DNA of 64,000 nucleotides from Oligoflexia bacterium (GTDB taxonomy: Bacteria > Bdellovibrionota > UBA1018): NCBI GenBank assembly GCA_963758495.1, contig CAVWVI010000004.1, forward strand, positions 896,001 to 960,000. Direction: 5' to 3'. The notes below the pieces were generated by a model. The model had not been told where the DNA came from and did not search any database. It worked only from the letters and a program-made list of their open reading frames with translations. Below are positions 53,972-64,000 of this stretch, piece by piece (within the stretch, counting starts at the first letter, position 1; each line of letters opens with the position of its first letter). The translations under genes were made by a program, and so were the position numbers.

Positions 53972-54985
53972 TTATTGAGCATAATGACACGATACATCAT
54001 GTGGAGCGCAAACTGGCTTTCGCATATCTCTCAAATGAGGCACATCCACCTTACAATTAGCTTGCATCACTGGACACCTGGGATGGAATTGACATCCTGC
54101 AGGAGGATGAATGGGAGAAGGCACGTCCCCTGGTAAAATGATTCGCTCTTTCTGATAATTCGGATCAGGAATGGGAATCGCAGATAAAAGCGCTTGAGTA
54201 TAAGGGTGCTTCGGCTCTCCATAGAGTTCATCGGCTGTTGCCATTTCTACTATTTTTCCTAAATACATAACGGCTACACGAGTTGAGATATGTTCAACGA
54301 CTTTTAAATCATGTGCAATAAAGAGATAAGTAAGGCCCAATTCCTTTTGTAAATCCTGCATCAAATTTACGATTTGTGCTTGGATGGAAACATCCAAAGC
54401 AGATACTGGCTCATCGCAAACAATAAACTCCGGCTCCACGGCCAATGCACGGGCAATACAAATTCTCTGCCTTTGTCCTCCCGAAAACTCATGAGGATAA
54501 CGAGCGATAGATTCTCTCCTCAACCCACAGAGATCTAATAACTTCATAATTCTCTGAGTTCGCTCTATCCTCGACTTTCCTATTTTGTGAATTTCTAAAG
54601 GCTCACTTAAGATACTTTCCACAGTCATACGAGGATTCAGTGACGCATATGGGTCCTGAAAAATGATCTGCATATTTCGACGAAGTCGACGTAATTCTTT
54701 AGCAGGAGTATGAGTGATGTCTTGTCCTTTAAAAAAAATCTGACCTTCGGTGGGTTCAATGAGACGCAATACACATCGACCGAGAGTCGACTTCCCACAG
54801 CCTGATTCGCCTACGAGTCCTAGAGTCTCGCCTTTTCGAATATCAAAGGACACGCTGGAGACAGCCTTTACACTTGCGACTTCTCGAGATAAGAGTCCTC
54901 CTTTAATCGGAAATCTTTTCACCAGATTTCGAACTGACACTAAGACATCTGAAGCAGCATTAGATGGGTCATTTTTTATAGTCAC
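53972..54985 (-). CDS. Oligopeptide/dipeptide ABC transporter ATP-binding protein (OppF/DppF-like)
   Basis: [52 protein letters not shown]. Confidence 0.95.
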   Translation of the reverse strand: MTIKNDPSNAASDVLVSVRNLVKRFPIKGGLLSREVASVKAVSSVSFDIRKGETLGLVGESGCGKSTLGRCVLRLIEPTEGQIFFKGQDITHTPAKELRRLRRNMQIIFQDPYASLNPRMTVESILSEPLEIHKIGKSRIERTQRIMKLLDLCGLRRESIARYPHEFSGGQRQRICIARALAVEPEFIVCDEPVSALDVSIQAQIVNLMQDLQKELGLTYLFIAHDLKVVEHISTRVAVMYLGKIVEMATADELYGEPKHPYTQALLSAIPIPDPNYQKERIILPGDVPSPIHPPAGCQFHPRCPVMQANCKVDVPHLRDMRKPVCAPHDVSCHYAQ

Positions 54986-55993
54986 TTAAAGGTCCCTCAC
55001 ACATCGAATTGCATGCGGCATTTCTGGATCAGGTGCGACGATTCGAAGATCAGGTTCTTTTTCACGACAAGTATTTATGACATAAGAACAACGCTCTTGA
55101 AATCGACAGCCATTGGGTAAATGAAGTAAATTCGGTACAATTCCTGGAATAGTTTCCAAACGTTTCTTTTTTATTTTACCTGTTGGATCTTTACTCAAAG
55201 TAGGAATACTATTCAGTAAACCTCGTGTATATGGCATTTTTGGATGAGCAAAGATTTCTTTTACTGCACCTTGCTCCACCACTCGCCCCGCATACATCAC
55301 TAAAACTTCATCAGCGACTTCAGCGACTACTCCTAAATCGTGAGTAATCAAAATTAACGCCATCCCGACTTTCTGCTGAAGATCTTTCAATAAGTCTAAA
55401 ATTTGAGCTTGAATAGTGACATCTAGAGCCGTAGTAGGTTCATCCGCAATCAGAATTTGAGGATTACAAGATAAAGCCATTGCAATCATGACTCTCTGTC
55501 TCATCCCTCCAGAAAGATGATGAGGGTAATCATTTACTCTTTTTTCGGGTGAAGAAATTCCAACCAGCTTTAACATCTCGACAGCTTTATTCTTCACTTC
55601 ACTTCTAGATAATTTTTGATGTAACGATATTGCTTCACAGATTTGATTTCCAATTGTAAAAACTGGATTCAAAGAAGTCATAGGCTCCTGAAAGATCATG
55701 GAAATCTCATTTCCACGAATGGATCGCATTTCTTTTAGATCAAGCTTAAGAAGATCTCTACCTTTATAGAGAATCTCTCCACCCATGGTTTTTCCTGGGG
55801 GGTTCGGAATTAAGCGCATAATAGAAAGACTCGTTACACTTTTCCCGCAACCCGACTCCCCGACAATCCCCAGAGTTTTGCCTTTATAAACATTAAAACT
55901 CAGATCATCGACTGCTTTCGCCTCACCCTCATCACTAAAGAAAGAAGTTCGAAGGTTCTTTACCTCCAAAATTTTTTCAAATGGTGTTGCCAT
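54986..55993 (-). CDS. Oligopeptide/dipeptide ABC transporter ATP-binding protein (OppD/DppD-like)
   Basis: [35 protein letters not shown]; start set at ATG 55993. Confidence 0.95.
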   Translation of the reverse strand: MATPFEKILEVKNLRTSFFSDEGEAKAVDDLSFNVYKGKTLGIVGESGCGKSVTSLSIMRLIPNPPGKTMGGEILYKGRDLLKLDLKEMRSIRGNEISMIFQEPMTSLNPVFTIGNQICEAISLHQKLSRSEVKNKAVEMLKLVGISSPEKRVNDYPHHLSGGMRQRVMIAMALSCNPQILIADEPTTALDVTIQAQILDLLKDLQQKVGMALILITHDLGVVAEVADEVLVMYAGRVVEQGAVKEIFAHPKMPYTRGLLNSIPTLSKDPTGKIKKKRLETIPGIVPNLLHLPNGCRFQERCSYVINTCREKEPDLRIVAPDPEMPHAIRCVRDL

Positions 55994-56006
55994 AATTACT
56001 TCCTTT

Positions 56007-56918
56007 TTACTTGGTTTTTGGATCAAGGGCATCTCGAAGAGCATCACCAAGAATATTAAAAGCCAAAACAATAAAAAACATAGCGAGTGTCGCACCCGCT
56101 AATTGCCACCAAACGCCCCGTGATAGCTCCAGTCGAGCATCATCAATCATTACCCCCCAACTGGGCTGGCCTTGAACACCTAGTCCCAAAAAGGAAAGTA
56201 TCACTTCTGATTTGATGGCGGACATGAATTGAATCGAAACATTGATAATGATGAAGTGGGAAACATTAGGTAATATATGCTTAAAAATTCTTGATACGTG
56301 ACTTGCTCCTAAACTTTCAGCAGCCACTACATAATCACGCATCTTATGCTTAATAAACTCCCCTCGTATCACTCTCGCCAGACTTACCCATGCCGTAATT
56401 CCCAAAGCTACATAGATTGCTATAAGCCCTTTTCCCATTACATAAGTAATTGCAATTAAGAGCATGATATTTGGAATAGATGAAAGAGTAGTATAAAACC
56501 AAACGATGAGATCATCCACCCATCCACCAAAGTATCCAGCAAGTGCCCCTAGAGAAACGCCAATGGGGATACTAATGAGTGAAGAGATGAGCCCAACACT
56601 CATAGCAATCTGAGTACCTTGAATTACTTTATAAAAAACGCTTCTTCCAAAAATATCCGTCCCTAAAAGTAACTCTAATGAACCAAAAGCAGGCTCCTGA
56701 TATGCGCCACCTACCACTCGGTCCCAGGGTGAAGCAATGAGTCCGACCTTGGCTAGAATTGCAATAACTGCATAAAAACCTACAATCATGAGACTCAATA
56801 TTGCAATTCGATCTCTTTTTAGTCTTTGAAATGCATCTTTCCAAAGACTTCTCCCTTTCGGTATATTTTTAGTTTCTGCTGTATGAATTGGATCTACAAT
56901 AACTGCTTCTGTAGTCAT
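56007..56918 (-). CDS. Peptide ABC transporter permease (OppC/DppC-like)
   Basis: [24 protein letters not shown]-like loop [27 protein letters not shown]. Confidence 0.95.
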   Translation of the reverse strand: MTTEAVIVDPIHTAETKNIPKGRSLWKDAFQRLKRDRIAILSLMIVGFYAVIAILAKVGLIASPWDRVVGGAYQEPAFGSLELLLGTDIFGRSVFYKVIQGTQIAMSVGLISSLISIPIGVSLGALAGYFGGWVDDLIVWFYTTLSSIPNIMLLIAITYVMGKGLIAIYVALGITAWVSLARVIRGEFIKHKMRDYVVAAESLGASHVSRIFKHILPNVSHFIIINVSIQFMSAIKSEVILSFLGLGVQGQPSWGVMIDDARLELSRGVWWQLAGATLAMFFIVLAFNILGDALRDALDPKTK

Positions 56919-57850
56919 GTTAAACTCACCCTTGGATCCACTAGTGTATACATAATATCCGTCGCTAGATTCCCTAAGATAAATAGCATCGCATCTAAGG
57001 TAGTCATCGCTTTAATTACCGGAAAGTCACTATTGTGGACTGCATCTATCGTAATACTACCTAAACCTGGAATACCAAAAAAACTCTCTAATAGAAATGC
57101 GCCTAGAATTAATAAGGGAATTTCGATCACTACGTTCGTCAAGATTGGAATCATGCTATTTTTTAAAACATGCTTAAAGAAAATGTGTGGCTCAGATAAC
57201 CCTTTTGCACGAGCTGTACGTACATAATCCTGACTTGTTTCCTCTAGGATCGCCGTCCGGTAGAACCGGACATCATACCCTAAGCTGACAACTACAAAAA
57301 TAATCATAGGCATCAGTATGTACTGAAATCGCTCAGGCCATGTGGTTTCGAACCCCGATATGGGAAACCACCCCATTTTGTAAGCTAAAAAATATTGTCC
57401 GAATAGAATGTAGGCGAGCATAGAAACACTCATTCCAAACACGCAAAAAATAACTACAACTTTGTCAATCCATTTACCTCGAAAATAAGCAACCAACAAA
57501 CCCAAACTCACAGCCAAGATCGTAGTCAAAAAGAAAGCTGGAATCATAAGCGAAAGAGAGGGCCCTATACCATCCGCGATCATTTCTTTAATGGGTTGCT
57601 TGGTAGCATAACTACGTCCGTAATCAAAGGTCACTATCTGCTTTAGATACTGAGCAAATTGAATATATTTAGGCTGATCAAATCCATACTCATGTCTTAA
57701 CTCCGCAATTTGATGAGCACTCGCATGACGACCGAGCATTTGATAGGTAGGGTCACCACCGACCATATTAAACAACACAAAAACAATGAGTGCCACTCCA
57801 AAGAGTGTGGGAATTGTACTGATTAGCTTACGAATAATATATAAAATCAT
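56915..57850 (-). CDS. Peptide ABC transporter permease (OppB/DppB-like)
   Basis: YIIRKL, GGDP, DYGRS, DYVRTARAKGL, FFGIPGLG, LVDPRV. Confidence 0.95.
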   Translation of the reverse strand: MILYIIRKLISTIPTLFGVALIVFVLFNMVGGDPTYQMLGRHASAHQIAELRHEYGFDQPKYIQFAQYLKQIVTFDYGRSYATKQPIKEMIADGIGPSLSLMIPAFFLTTILAVSLGLLVAYFRGKWIDKVVVIFCVFGMSVSMLAYILFGQYFLAYKMGWFPISGFETTWPERFQYILMPMIIFVVVSLGYDVRFYRTAILEETSQDYVRTARAKGLSEPHIFFKHVLKNSMIPILTNVVIEIPLLILGAFLLESFFGIPGLGSITIDAVHNSDFPVIKAMTTLDAMLFILGNLATDIMYTLVDPRVSLT

Positions 57851-57861
57851 AACTCATAGCC

Positions 57862-59629
57862 CTACTTCTTTAAGAGAGTATCCACCTGAAAATATTTAAA
57901 TCGACCGAGATCAAAGTCATTCGGCTTATAATTTTTCAACCACGGCTGAACCAAACCATAACCCACAAGATGAGCACCAAAAATCCAAGGACAATCCTCT
58001 ACTAAAATATTTACCATTTTCTTGTAAATTTCAGCGCGACCTGGGCCATCTGGCGTAACTAAAATTTTCTCATAAAGGTGATCAAATTCCGGATTAGAAT
58101 AATTGGAATCATTGGGACCCGGTGATGCATTTTTGCTATAAAAAAGCTGAAAAAAGTTTTCAGGATCGGGGTAATCAGCGCTCCATGCTTGTTCCCATAT
58201 TTGTACTTTTTTATTCTTGACTGCTTCTTCAAACTGCGGCCATGAATAACTATTAATTTTTAATTTTACCCCAATTGCTGACATCATTCTTTGAAAATAT
58301 TCAGATACCTGACGACCCGTACTATCTGCTAATGAAGCATACTCAAGGGGCGGCAAGCCTTTACCACCTGGAAAGCCAGCCTTCACTAAAAGCTCCTTCG
58401 CTTTCATGACATTGAATTGTCGATAAGGGTTTTTAAACTCAGGATCATAACCATTGATACCAGGAGGAAGAGGACCCTGAGCAGGAATGGCTCGTCCATT
58501 ATAAAAAAGCTCGATAAAAGTCATTTCATCGTAAGCTAGACTGAGAGCTTGACGTAAGTATTTATTTTTTCCAAGTAAAGGATCTGCCATGTTGAAAGTG
58601 ACATGTGTAACATCTAAACTCGGGCTTTTTATTAACTGGATTCCTTTTGAACTGAGTTCAGGCTTTAAGTCTTTACTGGGTGTAATAGCAGTTGAAAAAT
58701 TATCTTTAGGAATAGAACATAAATCTAGTTTTCCTGATAAAAAAGTAAGCCACATGGGCTGACGTTCTACAAAGACTTGAAAAACAATTTGATCGGCGAG
58801 TGGAAGGGTTTTACCTGCATCCCGCAAAAGTCCCGCCTCCTGATCTCCAACAGCCCCTTCATTCGGATAGAATTCTGTATGATAAGTTGGATTTCGTACC
58901 CAGATGATCTTTGAATTAGGATTATATTCGGCTAAACGGAATGGACCTGTGCCTACAGCATGATTTATAAATTCAACTCCATAGAACTCAACTGCCTCAT
59001 GAGGAACAATTCCTGTAAATGGCATCGCTAATAAATATAAAAGCTGATTAGATTTTTGGATTAATTTCAACTGTACCGTATAACGATCCAGGGCCTTTAA
59101 GCCTTCCACTGGAAGATTAATAATTTGTGGCTGCCCCAGCCGCTACATGTTCACGCCAATCGTTGAGACCCATTATTTTACCATCAAAAATCCACCAGCC
59201 CGTTGAAACAAGACGGGGATCAGCCAACCGTTTGAATGAGTAAACAACGTCGTCTGCAATCATTTCACGGCCTTTTCCGTGGGTTGCCTTAAAGGATTGA
59301 TCGTCTTGAAACAGCACCCCTTTTTTTAAATGAAAGGTATAAGTGAGCCCATCCCGACTCACTTCGGGCAAAGATTCAGCTAATCCAGGCATTAGTACAT
59401 AGGGACGTTTTAAATAATGATATTGAATCAAAGTCTCATATGCCTGACTGATTTGCATATCAGAGTATCGATCCCCACCATAAATTGGATCTAAGCTTTT
59501 AATTTTTTCGTCTACAGCTAAATGTAAAGTACGAGCAGGTTCAATTTTAGACTTAAAAGTACAGCTCGTAAATACAATACTGATACCCGCAATAGCATAG
59601 AATACACTGAATCTCATGCACTCCCCCAA
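57862..59629 (-). pseudogene. Peptide ABC transporter substrate-binding lipoprotein split by a 1-bp insertion (real or sequencing error)
   Basis: ORFs 59117..59629 and 57862..59109 align end-to-end with paralog 8113..9960; removing one T from AAT TAT TAA TCT restores ...TNYNLPVEGLKALD. Confidence 0.85.
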
Positions 59630-59659
59630 TGATGTAGGTAACTGATGCGAACGCCAGTG

Positions 59660-60385
59660 TCAATGTGCACGTTGCAGTGACACATTTCGATCACGCCAAC
59701 GGACTTTTACAGCGCCCTGAGAGGAATGAGCTTCCCATTTTTTTGGACTCCACGTCGTGTCCTCCGGGTCATCAAATTTAAAATCGACTGAAACTAGAGG
59801 CGCCCGCTGCCTCTCCCAATGCAACGATTCTGGCCAGCGCTTTCCAGATCGATTTCCAAAACTATAAATAAACTGTTGAGGATCTACCCCGGTTGCTCCT
59901 GGAACTTGAACTACTAATTTACCCTGTTTGTCTAAATTAAATTTGAGTTCATGACTGAAAGAAGGACAGGGAATCTTCCCTAAAAATAAATCAGTAGCCC
60001 ATTGCAAAGGAATTCCCCCCCAAGAGCCATATCCCTCATCTTTTTTTTCCTGAGATTTTCCGCGAATTCCCTGGATCTCATAATGTTGGTCTTTTACCGT
60101 AATAAGGGCCTCTGTGCCTCCAAGAAAATTTGTCACTTCTAACTTCAATTGACTGGGCGCCAAAACGTCTACGTTCGCCGAAAACTGCCCAGAAGCTTCG
60201 GAAGACTTCACCTTCATGCCAACAGTTCCATTCACCGACGAGATACTTTTACCTGCATCACAAGCGACCATAAATAATTCGGAAGGGGAGAGAATAAGTG
60301 ACGACGAGTTGTCAACTGGCCTAGGCGCAGTGGCACAACTCGTTACAAATAAGAAAACTGGCAAAGTTTTATATAAAATTTTCAT
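59660..60385 (-). CDS. Outer-membrane lipoprotein, LolB/DUF4292-like
   Basis: Lipobox VTSC, LKLEVTNFLG, GIPL...LFLGKIP; follows a TPR gene as in the TPR-lolB arrangement. Confidence 0.55.
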   Translation of the reverse strand: MKILYKTLPVFLFVTSCATAPRPVDNSSSLILSPSELFMVACDAGKSISSVNGTVGMKVKSSEASGQFSANVDVLAPSQLKLEVTNFLGGTEALITVKDQHYEIQGIRGKSQEKKDEGYGSWGGIPLQWATDLFLGKIPCPSFSHELKFNLDKQGKLVVQVPGATGVDPQQFIYSFGNRSGKRWPESLHWERQRAPLVSVDFKFDDPEDTTWSPKKWEAHSSQGAVKVRWRDRNVSLQRAH

Positions 60386-60465
60386 CGATCATGCATCTCA
60401 CAATACCAGGAGACGCTGCAATGTGGGTTATCTAAAAAATTTGCTGGCTGCTCATCCTTTAGGGC

Positions 60466-62301
60466 TCATTTCACACTTGCCGGAAATCGTTGTTGACTAT
60501 CAGATTCCAACGGTTTCTCTCCCCCGAGTTCACGGCGGAGGGTATCTGCTTTAATTTGAATCTTTCGCTTTGAGCTTTCATCATCCGCAAACCTTGCGGC
60601 ATCGCTGTACTCATACAATGCTTTTTCACGCAAATTGGATCGTAAATAAGCATCTCCCAAATGCTCTAATATGATTGACTCATTAGGTTTTAACTTTGCT
60701 GCCTTTTCCAATTGCACGACAGCTTCTTTGACTCGACCTCGAGTATACAAATACCAGCCCCAGCTATCTTGAATATAGCCATTTTCTGGTCGTAAACCTA
60801 AAGCTCTCCGTAACAGCTTTTCTGCATCATTAAGTCGAATCCCTTCTTGTGTCCATGTATAGCCGATATAATTTAATGCATCTACGTTCTCAGGATTGAC
60901 TTTTAAAACTGCTTCCATCTGCTCCAGACTCTTCTCAACCTTACCCTGACGATCATAGAGGCTTCCTAAATAGTAACGTACCTTTTCATCGTCTGGAAAT
61001 ATTTTGACTCCTTTTTCCAAAGTACTGATCGCTTCAGAGGTATCTCTAGTTTCATCTTCAAGGTTAGCTTCAAAGAGATAAAAATTAGAGATTTTTGGAG
61101 ATTTTGAAATAGCTTCTTTCATAAAAGTTATAGCATTTTTAATTTTATTACTTTGCCTAAGAAGAAAAGCAGTATGCAATACTGCATCCCCGTAAAGCTT
61201 AGATTCAGCTTTTATTAATTTTAATTCTCCTATCGCTGAACTCGCTTGATTTATTTCTTCGTATAAATTGCCTAAATAATAATGAATTCGATCTGAGTCC
61301 GGAGTTTTTTCTATAATTTTCTTAAAGGTCGAAATTGCTTCAGAATACTGCTTTAATTCCATTTCTACTAATCCTAATTTAACTTGAACATTCAGGTCAT
61401 CAGGATCAGAACTTCCTATTGATTGCAAATAGGGTATGGCTTCTTTATACTTCTCTTCTTTTAAATAAATTGTAGCTAAACGATTTGCTGCAGAAATATC
61501 TTGTGAGTCGTCATATAAATCCTGATAAATTTTGATTGCTTGAGTATTCATCCCCCTCTCTTCATAGAGATAGCCTAACGCCAAATAAGCTTGACTAAAG
61601 CCTGCTCTTGCCTCAATGGCTTTACGATATGCAACAACCGATTCCTTAAAATGATCCGCTTGTTGTTCTGCTCTCCCCAAATAGTAAAGTGCAAGAGCTG
61701 AGTCTGTATTTTTTTTAATAAATTGCTGCAATATTTTTACAGCTTCAAGGATATGACCATCTTCAATTAAAACTTGCGATTTATATACGACCGCTTCCTC
61801 ATTCTTTGGATTGCTTTTTAATATACGATCGTATTCTGTTAACGCAGCTTGATTTTCATGAGATGAAGAATACAACCCTGCCAAAATAAGATGTGCGTCA
61901 GTGTAATTGGAATCATGCTGTAATGCTTCTTTGCAAGCATCCATTGCTGCAGAAAGCATCCCTTTCTTTAAATATTCTGTGGCTAGCCGCGTATAAACCA
62001 GAGGAGAATTCGGATCAAATATCAAAGTAAGTCGATATTCTTCAATCGATCGATCGGGATCTCCATCCGATGCATAAGCTTGCGCCAGGGTGAAATGATA
62101 TTCAGCAGTATCTTTTAAATCTTGCTCAGCCGCTAAACCATGGGGACCACCCCCTTTTGAGCCCTTTGCTTGCACCGCCTGGCCTTGAGGATGGACATCT
62201 TGAAATTTCTGCTGTGCGGAGAGAGTGGGGCAAGCAGCGAAAGCTCCCAGAAGGATGAGAATCCTTCCTCGATGTTTGCTGCTTAAATATTTTTTTTTCA
62301 T
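60466..62301 (-). CDS. Tetratricopeptide-repeat protein (exported)
   Basis: Signal peptide, many TPRs, ALNYIGY...NGYIQDSWGW...ILEHLGD C-terminal motif. Confidence 0.9.
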   Translation of the reverse strand: MKKKYLSSKHRGRILILLGAFAACPTLSAQQKFQDVHPQGQAVQAKGSKGGGPHGLAAEQDLKDTAEYHFTLAQAYASDGDPDRSIEEYRLTLIFDPNSPLVYTRLATEYLKKGMLSAAMDACKEALQHDSNYTDAHLILAGLYSSSHENQAALTEYDRILKSNPKNEEAVVYKSQVLIEDGHILEAVKILQQFIKKNTDSALALYYLGRAEQQADHFKESVVAYRKAIEARAGFSQAYLALGYLYEERGMNTQAIKIYQDLYDDSQDISAANRLATIYLKEEKYKEAIPYLQSIGSSDPDDLNVQVKLGLVEMELKQYSEAISTFKKIIEKTPDSDRIHYYLGNLYEEINQASSAIGELKLIKAESKLYGDAVLHTAFLLRQSNKIKNAITFMKEAISKSPKISNFYLFEANLEDETRDTSEAISTLEKGVKIFPDDEKVRYYLGSLYDRQGKVEKSLEQMEAVLKVNPENVDALNYIGYTWTQEGIRLNDAEKLLRRALGLRPENGYIQDSWGWYLYTRGRVKEAVVQLEKAAKLKPNESIILEHLGDAYLRSNLREKALYEYSDAARFADDESSKRKIQIKADTLRRELGGEKPLESDSQQRFPASVK

Positions 62302-62320
62302 GAAATATGATTCCCTTCAT

Positions 62321-62349
62321 CTAATAATAAATCGACTAATAATAAATCG
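62321..62349. repeat. 14-bp direct repeat CTAATAATAAATCG x2
   Basis: 62321..62334 and 62336..62349 upstream of the TPR gene. Confidence 0.7.
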
Positions 62350-62711
62350 TCGTTTTTTTAAAAAAACTAAAAGCAGAAGTGGAACATTAAGTGCATTGTC
62401 CCAAAAACAGCCACTGCTATGTCTCTTGCGTTAGTCTAGAGTGGGGGATTTATTTGGTGCGTTATAACTAGTTTTGCATTTTTCATGCGAAAGCTGTGAG
62501 TGCGGCACTTGACTTTAGCGCGGCGGGTTGTTATTTGGCTTAGTGAATAGCTATGACACATTGTGGCTCATGCGCTGCAATGGGAAGGAGCTATTTAGGG
62601 GTTCATAATTAAGGGGGTTTGTTTCCATTTTTTAGGGACTTTGACTGGAAGTTTACTTTTTTACTCCATTCATTGCCCCCGAAATAAAAAATGATTCAAT
62701 TAGGGGGAATC

Positions 62712-63080
62712 ATGAAAGAGATTAAGATCATTAAACGTTATCAGAATCGTAAATTATACGACACACATGAATCAAGCTACGTCACTTTGGATGAAATTGC
62801 CAAAATGATCAAAGGTGGTGAAGACTTACGTGTAATTGATAATAAAACAAAAAATGACATCACAGCTGCAACTTTGACTCAACTTTTATACGAAAGTGAG
62901 CGAAAGGCCAAGACACAGCCATCAGTTGAGTTGCTCAAAGAAATTATCCGGCATGGGGACGGATCTTTTTCTGGTTATATTCAAACTAAAATTAGTTCCG
63001 AAATTGCAAATTTTGACCGCGACACTGTTAAAGAGGATTCTGTTAGCATGAATAACCGAGCGGCTGTTCTAAATCAATAA
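62712..63080 (+). CDS. PHA synthesis regulator (PhaR-type) DNA-binding domain protein
   Basis: IIKRYQNRKLYDTHESSYVTL, VIDNKTKNDIT; start at ATG 62712 after GGGGG. Confidence 0.88.
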   Translation: MKEIKIIKRYQNRKLYDTHESSYVTLDEIAKMIKGGEDLRVIDNKTKNDITAATLTQLLYESERKAKTQPSVELLKEIIRHGDGSFSGYIQTKISSEIANFDRDTVKEDSVSMNNRAAVLNQ

Positions 63081-63158
63081 TTACTGACTATTTTAGTCTG
63101 TAATTATTCATTCAAAGAATTTGCGAACATGAAAAGACCTGATACCATTTAATGAATC

Positions 63159-63905
63159 ATGATTTTTTTAATGAGCCGATGGTGTTCAGGACTTTCAAAA
63201 CAGAGATCTACAGTCAGGATACCAGTTGGAGTAGGTGCTCTCTTATTACTGACTCTCAGTAATCAGAGCAATGCTTCGACTGGTTCCGACTGGTCTCAGC
63301 AATCCTCTTGGCCCAACAGTGATGATCCCACTCCGGTTCATCATAGTACTCACACGCGTGAATTACCCACTAACGATATATCTCCCTTTTCTCCTGGCTC
63401 CAGCAATGTGGCACTGGATATCGGGCAAGTTTTTCTTATGGGAAATCTATCGCAATTTTCAGATAGCATTGGATCTCAATTACATTATACTTACGGTGTC
63501 AGCGATTTGTTTGGATTTGACTCTAGCCTGGGTTATTCCGCACATTCGGATGGAAAAATGGCCATGACCACTCTTTTATCAGGCGTGAGAATGAATTTAA
63601 GCTGGTACGATAAAATAGTACCTTATCTTGTATTCGGCCTCGGCTTTTACAAGCCCACCTATCAAGATCCGTCCACTATCACCGCTAATAGTTCAAACAC
63701 TGCTTCATCATCGCTCTCGGCTGTATTATTTGGTCTACACCTTGGACCAGGCATCGACTTAGAACTGAGTCGGAACCTATTTTTTGGGGCAGCCCTGACT
63801 TTTCACAGTATGTTTGGAACGACTCAATCACTCGCAAATGGAACACCTTTTGATTTAGGTGGAACCTACACTTCGTTCTTTCTACATGCTGGGGTTACTT
63901 TTTAA
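63159..63905 (+). CDS. Outer-membrane beta-barrel protein (OmpA/OmpW-like 8-strand)
   Basis: Signal peptide, alternating beta strands, VPYLVFGLGFY, GPGIDLEL, terminal GVTF. Confidence 0.75.
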   Translation: MIFLMSRWCSGLSKQRSTVRIPVGVGALLLLTLSNQSNASTGSDWSQQSSWPNSDDPTPVHHSTHTRELPTNDISPFSPGSSNVALDIGQVFLMGNLSQFSDSIGSQLHYTYGVSDLFGFDSSLGYSAHSDGKMAMTTLLSGVRMNLSWYDKIVPYLVFGLGFYKPTYQDPSTITANSSNTASSSLSAVLFGLHLGPGIDLELSRNLFFGAALTFHSMFGTTQSLANGTPFDLGGTYTSFFLHAGVTF

Positions 63906-64000
63906 GCACGAGCGTCATCGGTTCAAAAGTCCCGCAATGAGTTTCTCTAAAAATTTTGCATCCACATGATATTCGTTTGAACAGAAATCACATCGCACCA

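Noticed and set aside
63172..63236. tRNA-like look of the 5' end of the last ORF
   Set aside because: No TTCRA T-loop, no consistent cloverleaf or acceptor stem.

Overview
A 64-kb bacterial chromosomal window, most likely from a Bdellovibrionota-like organism. This is inferred from gene content (TIGR04552-like and TIGR02757-like genes, Flp/Tad pilin cluster, stand-alone PhaR-type DNA-binding protein); no search was run. The backbone is housekeeping: rsmA, tsaD, cpoB-like, pal, ssb, alaS, recA, pgpA, recG, greA, carB, glycosyltransferases, a peptide ABC transporter whose substrate-binding gene has a 1-bp frameshift, and TPR/LolB-like genes. No rRNA, tRNA, CRISPR array, integrase or transposase was recognised. 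The most notable accessory content is: (1) a ~30-39 kb array of four paralogous secreted ankyrin-repeat genes. They share a near-invariant repeat framework with hypervariable surface positions (DARPin-like), show shuffled modules and two alternative C-termini. An intact RelE/HigB-HTH toxin-antitoxin pair with a perfect 27-bp inverted repeat, plus three decayed TA relics, lies between two direct-repeat copies of one cassette. (2) A translationally coupled operon joining a protein with RelA/SpoT-synthetase-like motifs to a degenerate flavoprotein and a permuted multi-Fe-S fusion protein. (3) An islet with a signal-peptide-bearing App1-like phosphatase and a cytochrome P450. (4) A Flp pilin absent from the ORF track, with pseudopilin-like neighbours. 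(5) A 72-bp palindromic element present twice, about 29 kb apart.
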